In this document: piece after piece, positions 57,261-64,000 of the stretch
Position numbering within the stretch: position 1 is the first letter of the stretch
How the letters are laid out: the number at the start of each line of letters is the position of its first letter
DNA from: Candidatus Omnitrophota bacterium
GTDB taxonomy: Bacteria > Omnitrophota > Gorgyraeia > Gygaellales > Profunditerraquicolaceae
DNA length: 64,000 bases
Assembly: GCA_041650835.1 (NCBI GenBank)
Contig: JBAZKL010000001.1
Coordinates: 440,185 to 504,184, forward strand
Direction: 5' to 3'
The notes under the pieces: model-generated
Database searches by the model: none
The model's input: only the letters and a program-made list of their open reading frames with translations
Told to the model about the DNA's origin: nothing
Program-made: the position numbers and the translations under genes

Positions 57261-57776
57261 CTATGCGCCGGCAAGCAAATTCTTAAGGGGTTTTCTTGAA
57301 CCGGGGCGTATCTGTTCATCAGGATACCCCAACGCTACCACCGCCATAACTTCCAGATCAGCATCAAGTTTAAGGAAGCCGGCGACTTCCTGTTTTTTAT
57401 TTAATATCTCCCCTAACCAGCATGCGCCTAAACCTAAAGAACAGGCGGCAAGCAGCATATTCTGAATACATGCCCCCATAGCCATCAGGTCTTTATCCCG
57501 GTTATATAAAACCGTGTTATCCATACACACGACGATCACGCAAGGCGCCGATTGGATGATCGCCGCGTACTTGGTAAAACCCAACAAGCCGTCTTTCTGT
57601 TCTTGTCCCTTAATGACTAAAAACCGCCAGGGTTGATTATTTAACCCCGACGGCGCCCAGCGGCCGGCTTCCAGGATCTCAGCGATATCCGCATCCTGCG
57701 GCAGGGAAGCCGTAAATTTCCTTACCGAGCGCCTTTTTTTAATACAATCCCTGGTTTCCATTACTTCGTTTTCCAT
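57261..57776 (-). CDS. Nitroreductase-family protein
   Basis: RRSVRKF...APSGLNNQPWRFLVI is the classic FMN nitroreductase N-terminal signature. Confidence 0.8.
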   Translation of the reverse strand: MENEVMETRDCIKKRRSVRKFTASLPQDADIAEILEAGRWAPSGLNNQPWRFLVIKGQEQKDGLLGFTKYAAIIQSAPCVIVVCMDNTVLYNRDKDLMAMGACIQNMLLAACSLGLGACWLGEILNKKQEVAGFLKLDADLEVMAVVALGYPDEQIRPGSRKPLKNLLAGA

Positions 57777-58342
57777 TGCGATTGGCCTGCCGCATTAACG
57801 GTCTCAAGAGGAGTACCTGCCGGCGCATCTGCCTGCAGGCGCTGCGCGTATATCTTTTGCACCTCCTCAACCGAAGTATTATTCTTCCTGGCAAGGGCCT
57901 GATATATGACCGCCCGGTCGCTGTTTTCTTCGCTCACCAACGCGCTGACACCCTCATCCGCCTGCGCAATGGCGCGTATTTCAACCAATCCCGATCTATT
58001 CTCGCCAATAACCCCTTTTCCTTCCCACTCACTCAACGCAGCACGCCTGTCCCGCCGGCTTATTGCCGCTTTCTCAACTTCAGGAGAAAGCGATTCCTGC
58101 GCGTACGCCGCCCCCACGCGAAGATCAAGCAAGCTCCTGCCGTTGGTTTTTATATCTTTTTGAGAAGCCCCGCCTGTCACTAAATTCTCGATATCATCGA
58201 TATCTTTAGCGACGTGCTGATAAATATCCAGGCGCATGGAGATATCGACTTTAATCGGCTCGCGAGGAGCTTCAACCCGCACCCGGGCACATCCCAGCAT
58301 CACGACAAATATCACTACGGTTAAAACAAGCTGTCTTTGCAT
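57761..58342 (-). CDS. Lipoprotein fusing a YnbE-like (DUF1375) N-terminal module to a YdbL-like (DUF1318) C-terminal module
   Basis: Lipobox (MLGCA). GCARVRVEAPREPIKVDISMRLDIYQHVAKDIDDIENLV parallels E. coli YnbE. The later SRRDRRAALSEWEGKGVIGENRSGLVEI parallels the YdbL consensus (...GwvGEn.dG.l). Confidence 0.55.
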   Translation of the reverse strand: MQRQLVLTVVIFVVMLGCARVRVEAPREPIKVDISMRLDIYQHVAKDIDDIENLVTGGASQKDIKTNGRSLLDLRVGAAYAQESLSPEVEKAAISRRDRRAALSEWEGKGVIGENRSGLVEIRAIAQADEGVSALVSEENSDRAVIYQALARKNNTSVEEVQKIYAQRLQADAPAGTPLETVNAAGQSQWKTK

Positions 58343-58370
58343 GGTTCCTCCTTTTTGTGTATGTTAAACT

Positions 58371-58570
58371 AAACACTGTTAACGTTAATGATAAAGTCTA
58401 AAGGTTAAATATCAAAGGAAGGCTAAAGTTTCAAGGCTAAATCTTAAAATTTAAACTTCAGACTTTGAATTTCCTTTGTTCTTTAAACTTGAATGGGGCA
58501 TGCCTCTGGCGCTTATGCCTCATTCACCCCGAGCTTGTCGAGGGGTTACCCTTTAGACTTAATCTTTTAT
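58371..58570. repeat. Family A hairpin repeat copy followed by the CATGCCTCTGGCGCTTATGCCTCATTCACCCCGAGCTTGTCGAGGGG module
   Basis: It lies between the YdbH-like and YnbE-YdbL genes. The second module is shared with 23161-23215. Confidence 0.8.
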
Positions 58571-59713
58571 CTAGCGGGTGAGCAAGTCCTGCAAAGAGAA
58601 ATCCCTCAGTGCCACCGTAAAATCGCGTTTACCTTTTGCTCCGTTCAAAGAGACCTGGGAGATAAGGTCGGCGCCTTCGAGGGATATACGCATCCCGCCG
58701 GTATTAAACAGATAATCTTTAAAAGCGTCGCTGACAAATCCCACTGATTGCTTTGAATTCTGCGCGATATGCTCAAGGAAACGGGTATCTTTAATAGTCA
58801 AAGTTCCGCCGGGAGTTACAACAGAGAAATCGCCCCGCACAGATTGAAAGACCGCGTTCTCCCCCGAGCAGCTCATGCCGCCCTCCACAAACCCGCTCAT
58901 CTGCACTTTATCCGAAAGCTCAAGATCACGGATGAGCCGCGCCAGGTCGACTGAAACAACATTAATACGCATTTCGTAGCTGAAGGCTTTCTCAAAATTC
59001 AAGTTTATATCGGCAAATATCTTTCCTCCCAAACAATCCGCGGACAAAGACGTAAAAGAAAGAGCTTGATTTTCATAGAGCAGTTTTCCCGTAAGCCCTG
59101 AAAGGGTTAATTTCTGATAACCGGCGCTTCTCAACGTAATTTCTCCCGCGCGAGCCCCTTTGGCAAGGCTGCATAAAACCCCGTCAATCCGTACCCCTTT
59201 ACTTTCAAGGGAATCAAGCTCAAATCGAAAAGAGGAAAAAGATTTCCGGGGGACATCGGCCTCACAAGAAAAACGGGCAGCGCAAACTAAATCTTTCGTC
59301 CGAATATCAATGCCGGCGGAAGAAACCACTGCCTCACCCACAAAAACCCCTTTACCGGGGCTCAAGCGGATATGCTTTTTTAGATCGGCGATCTCCTGAG
59401 CGGGGGCATGGATAGAAAGGTACGGGCCATCGAAAGAGACGCGGTTAATTTTCGCCTTCAAAAGGCAATTGAGATCATACTCAACGGTAAGCCGCTTGAT
59501 CCGGAAGTCGAAAGCCGAAGGATTAATGATGCGGATATCGGAAAAAGCCAACCGGTGCAACACATCCAGCGAACATCCGCCGATAGAGACCTGCGCGCCC
59601 GGGAAGAACAACACAAGCCGTTTTTTTACGTACGATACGATACCGGGAACGCTCAAGTAATAAACACCAAGGATAAAGAGCAAAACGAATACTACTCTGA
59701 TATGCCGCTTCAT
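58571..59713 (-). CDS. Membrane-anchored beta-rich protein, candidate short YdbH/AsmA-like partner of the YnbE-YdbL lipoprotein
   Basis: N-terminal TM helix and a long beta-strand-rich repetitive domain. It lies immediately upstream (same strand) of the YnbE-YdbL fusion, mirroring the E. coli ydbH-ynbE-ydbL order. This is an inference from context. Confidence 0.35.
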   Translation of the reverse strand: MKRHIRVVFVLLFILGVYYLSVPGIVSYVKKRLVLFFPGAQVSIGGCSLDVLHRLAFSDIRIINPSAFDFRIKRLTVEYDLNCLLKAKINRVSFDGPYLSIHAPAQEIADLKKHIRLSPGKGVFVGEAVVSSAGIDIRTKDLVCAARFSCEADVPRKSFSSFRFELDSLESKGVRIDGVLCSLAKGARAGEITLRSAGYQKLTLSGLTGKLLYENQALSFTSLSADCLGGKIFADINLNFEKAFSYEMRINVVSVDLARLIRDLELSDKVQMSGFVEGGMSCSGENAVFQSVRGDFSVVTPGGTLTIKDTRFLEHIAQNSKQSVGFVSDAFKDYLFNTGGMRISLEGADLISQVSLNGAKGKRDFTVALRDFSLQDLLTR

Positions 59714-59722
59714 ACGTAGGCC

Positions 59723-60250
59723 CTAACCCCTGACCTGCTCAATCATCTTGGCTACAAAAACTTCTTTTTTCTGATAGATGAACCGTATCTCTTTAATCAG
59801 CATAAAGATAAAATAGCACCCCAAGATAATGATAGAAAAACCGAAACACCCCAGGATCAGGTCGATAAAATCCCTTTTCTGAACAAATATTCCTATTTTA
59901 ACCAGGATAGCGCCGAAACAGGCAAGCATGGCCGAGCTGAAGAAGCCGCACCACAAGAACACCGCCATGAAGGTGAATTGCCGGACGGCCCATTTTCTCA
60001 ATACTAAACTGTCTGCCGTATCAACGGCAGGCTTTACCTTCACGATCACTTTATCGGCGGCTTCTTTCAAGCTGAAGGCTATGATAATAACCAGCCCCGT
60101 CGATAAGCCGATGACCAACAAGACGGAGAACGCGGATAAAACAAACAGCTTATATACGACAAAAACAGCCACGCACGCCAGAAAGAGCACAACCGAGAGC
60201 GCGACGGCCTGAAACCTCGTTAACTTCGGCCTAAGATTTATTTTTCTCAT
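59723..60250 (-). CDS. Hypothetical polytopic membrane protein
   Basis: 175 aa with 4-5 TM helices and no recognisable motif. Confidence 0.4.
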   Translation of the reverse strand: MRKINLRPKLTRFQAVALSVVLFLACVAVFVVYKLFVLSAFSVLLVIGLSTGLVIIIAFSLKEAADKVIVKVKPAVDTADSLVLRKWAVRQFTFMAVFLWCGFFSSAMLACFGAILVKIGIFVQKRDFIDLILGCFGFSIIILGCYFIFMLIKEIRFIYQKKEVFVAKMIEQVRG

Positions 60251-60283
60251 TTTCCGAAAGAACTAAAGAGCGGTTTTCCGGGA

Positions 60284-60922
60284 TCATTCCCCGTCGACCT
60301 TCTTGATCATTTTTTTCGTCTTATCCAGGATCTCCCTGATCGTCATAAAATCAAAAATGATGAAAAAATGCCCCGACAAATTCCTGCGTTTATCGTCAAA
60401 AACGGCTTTGATCAAAATAGTGTCTTTATCAGCTTTATCGTGCAATCCCGCGAAAGCAAGGTTCACCAGGGAACCGGCGGCACCATTGGTCAAAGTGACC
60501 GTCGAAGGGAATGCCGGGATCCCGGTAAAGGTCGTCAAAACGGACAAATACGCTGAAATAAGGATATTGCCCATTTCTTTCAAAGAAGACATCCCGATTT
60601 CAGTCAAGCTGCTGGGTGAAGCATCGCTGGGCCCGAGCAGAAGATCGACGATCTTAAAGGCGTCCTTGGTCGGCAGGACCAAAAGCGCGTTCCCCCGGGC
60701 CCCTCCCAGGATCTGCATATGGATGCCGATAACAACTTCATCGTCGTAAGAAGCAAGGTAACGGGGAAGCTCTTTAATATTAACGATGTCAAGGGAAGGC
60801 AGGTTCAAATTGATCTTTTTACCGACCATCTGCACCAACGCGGTCGTGGCGTTACCCGCGCAGATAGAACCGACTTCCGTAAGAATATCCTTCTCCAATG
60901 CGGTCAATCTTTCCTTGCTCAT
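60284..60922 (-). CDS. CheC-like chemotaxis phosphatase-family protein (CheC/CheX/FliY fold)
   Basis: LTEVGSICAGNATTALVQMVGKK and a second pseudo-repeat (EMGNILISAYLSVL) match the duplicated CheC-domain pattern. Confidence 0.6.
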   Translation of the reverse strand: MSKERLTALEKDILTEVGSICAGNATTALVQMVGKKINLNLPSLDIVNIKELPRYLASYDDEVVIGIHMQILGGARGNALLVLPTKDAFKIVDLLLGPSDASPSSLTEIGMSSLKEMGNILISAYLSVLTTFTGIPAFPSTVTLTNGAAGSLVNLAFAGLHDKADKDTILIKAVFDDKRRNLSGHFFIIFDFMTIREILDKTKKMIKKVDGE

Positions 60923-60950
60923 GCAGCCTCCTCTTATAAATAAAAACGGT

Positions 60951-62456
60951 TCATCCTTTTACTAATGCTTTCGAATGTTTTACAAGTGCTGCCGCGGCGC
61001 GCAAGGCTTCTTCTCTGGTCTTGATCTTACCGATCGCCTGCAGCTCCTGTAACTCACTCAGTACACTGCCGATCAAAGGAGAAGCCTCTAAAGTAAAACG
61101 GCGCATAATATCATTGCCGTCAACCAGCCGTAGGGCGGGAGCGGTATCTTTTTTCGCGCAATATACCCGGATCAATCTTTGCACCAGCCGCTCATGATTC
61201 AGGCGAGACTGCGCGGTCGCTTGCGGCCCGCTCGTCGCGCGCTGGTCAGCCAAAGAAATAAGTAAAACACTCAACGCTTCAGAAGCGGTATCCCGGAAGA
61301 AACGAAAACGCGCGCGCTCACTCGGTGAGCTATCAGCCAAATATCCCGGCCGCAAATGCGCGAATATGATTTGTTTCAAACGGCGCGTTTCATCATTGGA
61401 AAGCTTCAAACGCACAGAGATATCTTCCGCCATGAACGCGCCGACGCGCTCATGGCCATGGAACATTATCTTACTATCCCTGACCCGCAGCGTCCGGGGC
61501 TTGCCCACATCATGCAATAACGCGGCCAAAATCATTAACGCGTACCTGCGGCGGCCGGAAGAGATCTCTTCGTTCAAGAAGCCATGGATCCGCGCGCGCC
61601 GGCGGAATTCCTGAAAAATCAATTCCAGATGCTTAACCGTTTCCAAGGTATGCCCCAACACGTCAAGATGATGATACTGCCCCTGATCAAGCTTCTGCAG
61701 AGGCTTTATTTCCGGAACGATCAATTCCAGCAATTTGTTCTTTTCCAGGCTCACCAGAGACTCATACGCCCGATGGCTGGAAAACACCTTAAAAAGCTCA
61801 TCGCGCACCCGCTCGGGAGAAACCGCGGATAATTTCTTACGCTTTACGATCGCCCGACGCAGCGTTTCTTTATCGATCGCGAACTCAAATATCGCCGACA
61901 GGCTGAAAGCGCGCAAGATCCGTAAAGGGTCCTCATCGTAGCCCCTCTTATTCACCAGCCTGATCACCCTCGCCCGCAGGTCTTCGATCCCATGATACGG
62001 ATCAAGCAGCATCGCGGCAAAAGCTTTCCCGGAAAGCCTGCGCTTCTCCATCCGGGACAAAAGCGCCCCCAGCTCAAGGGCCAAGCTGTTAATAGTGAAA
62101 TCCCGGTGTAATAGATCTTCCTCCAGGGTCTTTCCGCGAAAATCCGTGAAATCAAGCGTACAGATCCCTCCGGCACCGTCCGGGCGCCGGTATTTATATA
62201 CGACGCGGGCGCAGCCGTGTATCCTGTCCAAAACGACAAAACCCGACTTTAATTCACTGGCCGCCAAACGCCCGAAATTGATCGCTCCCTTACGAAGGCA
62301 AAAATCAATGTCAGGATTGTCTTTTTTCCTGCCCAGCAATGCATCACGCAGTACCCCGCCGACAAGATAAAGCTTTATATTCTTATTTTCGGCAAGAGCG
62401 CTTATTTTCTTGAATATTTCTTTATGATCATTAAATACGGCAAAAAAAGAGTCCAT
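60951..62456 (-). CDS. tRNA nucleotidyltransferase (CCA-adding enzyme)/poly(A) polymerase-family protein with C-terminal HD domain
   Basis: PolA head domain (LYLVGGVLRDALLGRKKDNPDIDF...) and an HD motif (ALLHDVGK...HGHERVGAFMA). Confidence 0.8.
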   Translation of the reverse strand: MDSFFAVFNDHKEIFKKISALAENKNIKLYLVGGVLRDALLGRKKDNPDIDFCLRKGAINFGRLAASELKSGFVVLDRIHGCARVVYKYRRPDGAGGICTLDFTDFRGKTLEEDLLHRDFTINSLALELGALLSRMEKRRLSGKAFAAMLLDPYHGIEDLRARVIRLVNKRGYDEDPLRILRAFSLSAIFEFAIDKETLRRAIVKRKKLSAVSPERVRDELFKVFSSHRAYESLVSLEKNKLLELIVPEIKPLQKLDQGQYHHLDVLGHTLETVKHLELIFQEFRRRARIHGFLNEEISSGRRRYALMILAALLHDVGKPRTLRVRDSKIMFHGHERVGAFMAEDISVRLKLSNDETRRLKQIIFAHLRPGYLADSSPSERARFRFFRDTASEALSVLLISLADQRATSGPQATAQSRLNHERLVQRLIRVYCAKKDTAPALRLVDGNDIMRRFTLEASPLIGSVLSELQELQAIGKIKTREEALRAAAALVKHSKALVKG

Positions 62457-62464
62457 AGGAAAGG

Positions 62465-62938
62465 TTAAATCTTGAAAAGCTCTGCTCGTAACGCAGGCAG
62501 TTCAACAATAGAAACGGTAGATTCTCCGGTAAGCCAGCCGCCGCATTCTCCGGGATTAATGACCGTCACCTCAGGCTGAATGATGATTTCCGGCTTATGC
62601 GTATGGCCGCAGACCACCAGCCGCGAGCCTTCCCGCTTGAGGTCAAGCTGTTTAAGGTCATGGACGAGCGTTATCGCGATCCCGCCGAGTTTGAGGCGCA
62701 AAGGAGCTTCAGTGATCTTACCCTGCGATACGCCGGTGAGCCCCGTACGTTCCCCGTCATTATTACCGAATACGCCCCTCCAATCGCAGTGAAGCGTTTT
62801 TAACCGCAGGACGCTAAAAGGCGCGACGAAATCTCCGGCATGAAGGACAAAATCCACTTTCTGCCGGTTAAAAAATAGTACCGCTTTATCAATATGAGGC
62901 AGGTTATCGTGCGTATCAGAAAGAAGTCCGATCTTCAT
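62465..62938 (-). CDS. Metallophosphoesterase, YfcE/MJ0936 family
   Basis: MKIGLLSDTHDN ... FVLHAGDF ... VCGHTHKP metal-ligand motifs, 157 aa. Confidence 0.8.
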   Translation of the reverse strand: MKIGLLSDTHDNLPHIDKAVLFFNRQKVDFVLHAGDFVAPFSVLRLKTLHCDWRGVFGNNDGERTGLTGVSQGKITEAPLRLKLGGIAITLVHDLKQLDLKREGSRLVVCGHTHKPEIIIQPEVTVINPGECGGWLTGESTVSIVELPALRAELFKI

Positions 62939-62949
62939 GCTTTCACTAT

Positions 62950-63360
62950 TTATTGTCCTTGATTAAACACCTGGGACTGCTCGACGATCGCGTCTTCCAC
63001 AAATATCGGGACATGCGCCCTGACCGCCAAAGCGATGCTGTCCGAAGGGCGGGCATCAATAACTTTGATCTCGCCTTTTCCTGATTTAATGAACAGCTTG
63101 GCGTGAAAGGTATTTTCTTCAAGTTTATCGATGATCACTTTTTCCACGCTCGCTTCAAGACTCTCGATCGCCGCCTGCAGCAGGTCGTGCGTCAAAGGAC
63201 GCGGGGGCACAAAACCGCTGAGCTTTAATTTGATCGCGGAAGCTTCATGCAGCCCGATCACGATAGGCAGAAGCCTGCTGCCTCCTTTTTCCTTAAGCAC
63301 GATCAGCTGATCATGGCGTTTTTCATCAATAACTATCTTATTAAGCTCCATCTCTATCAT
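62950..63360 (-). CDS. Bifunctional nuclease family protein (DUF151/BFN domain)
   Basis: LLPIVIGLHEASAI...LTHDLL pattern of the BFN domain, 136 aa. Confidence 0.65.
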   Translation of the reverse strand: MIEMELNKIVIDEKRHDQLIVLKEKGGSRLLPIVIGLHEASAIKLKLSGFVPPRPLTHDLLQAAIESLEASVEKVIIDKLEENTFHAKLFIKSGKGEIKVIDARPSDSIALAVRAHVPIFVEDAIVEQSQVFNQGQ

Positions 63361-63405
63361 TGCATACTCTCCTCAAAAGAAAACATTTGTTTACGAGGGG
63401 CTGTT

Positions 63406-63894
63406 TTAATGGCCATGGCCGCGCTTCTTGCTCTTGCGCGGGCCCTGGTTAAGCATATACTTCAACTCCGCCATAAATTGGCCGACATCCTTAAATTGAC
63501 GGTAAACCGAAGCAAAACGGACATAGGCGACATCATCAAGGGTTTTGAGCTTCTCCATGACCAGCTCCCCGATCTTGGCAGCCTGAACTTCCCGGTCAGA
63601 CTTCTTCTGGATCGCGTGTTCAACCTGTGTTACCAGCTCTTCCATCTTATCGATGCTGATCGGCCTTTTCTCGCAGGCTTTGACGATCCCGGAAAGGATA
63701 CGCTTGCGGTCAAACGGCTGGCGCCTGCCGTCTTTTTTAATTACCATAAGCGGGACGTCCTCGACATATTCATAGGTGGTAAAGCGCTTAGCGCATCCTA
63801 AACATTCGCGCCGGCGCCTGATCGCGGTTCCATGCTGGGTAGTGCGGGAATCCACGACCTTATCTTCCTTGTAATTACAAAAGGGGCATTTCAT
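63406..63894 (-). CDS. nrdR: Transcriptional repressor NrdR
   Basis: [17 protein letters not shown] zinc ribbon followed by an ATP-cone domain. Confidence 0.9.
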   Translation of the reverse strand: MKCPFCNYKEDKVVDSRTTQHGTAIRRRRECLGCAKRFTTYEYVEDVPLMVIKKDGRRQPFDRKRILSGIVKACEKRPISIDKMEELVTQVEHAIQKKSDREVQAAKIGELVMEKLKTLDDVAYVRFASVYRQFKDVGQFMAELKYMLNQGPRKSKKRGHGH

Positions 63895-64000
63895 CGGTTG
63901 TTACTCCTTACCATAAGCTTCTCAAAGGCTCCCCCGGCGCTTATTTATGAAGCGTCCGTAATTTAATTTTTGCCTGTTTCAAGAAATCCATTGCCATCTT

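Noticed and set aside
20905-58570. Possibility that the recurring hairpin repeats form a CRISPR array
   Set aside because: Copies are tens of kilobases apart and always separated by genes. They are 130-170 bp long and divergent, with no regular repeat-spacer periodicity. No cas genes are present.
63895-64000. Possible 3' end of a further minus-strand gene at the right edge (C-terminal ...MAMDFLKQAKIKLRTLHK, stop near 63944)
   Set aside because: Only ~18 codons are inside the window, which is too short to identify or to be confident it is coding.

Overview
This 64 kb window reads as chromosomal DNA from a Gram-negative, probably anaerobic and uncultivated-lineage bacterium. The phylum cannot be determined from sequence alone. 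About 66 genes are present and almost all lie on the minus strand. Housekeeping content includes rex plus an NfnA/PyrK-like partial gene and htpX; an LPS/lipid-A block of GT9 heptosyltransferases, GT4 transferases, a NodB deacetylase, an LpxL-like acyltransferase, lpxK and later waaA; and a carbohydrate block of GH94-like phosphorylase, HAD/beta-PGM-like hydrolase and malQ. It also includes menaquinone-related genes (UbiA/MenA-like, polyprenyl synthase, NDH-2-like), sufCB, xerC/D, topA, dprA, aroK, spoVG, aroC, a Ski2/HelY-like helicase, a Macro-NUDIX fusion, a pilin and a short pyruvate kinase. Two ECF sigma/anti-sigma modules, nth, a nitroreductase, a YdbH/YnbE/YdbL-like module, a CCA-adding enzyme and nrdR complete the set. 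The most striking feature is non-genic. Nearly every larger intergenic gap carries copies of a modular family of highly structured interspersed repeats. The main module is a ~130-170 bp hairpin element with AACAAAGGAA...TTCCTTTGTT arms around a CCTGCC(GG)CAGG core, and several GC-rich or palindromic companion modules accompany it. These repeats create spurious ORFs in the six-frame track. They build ~0.6-1.1 kb non-coding islands, and as ~95 bp direct repeats they bracket the only large plus-strand gene, the helicase. Several unusual domain fusions are also noted: GT9-GT9, GT4-GT9, LpxL-ELM1-like, STAS-PilZ, Macro-NUDIX and YnbE-YdbL.
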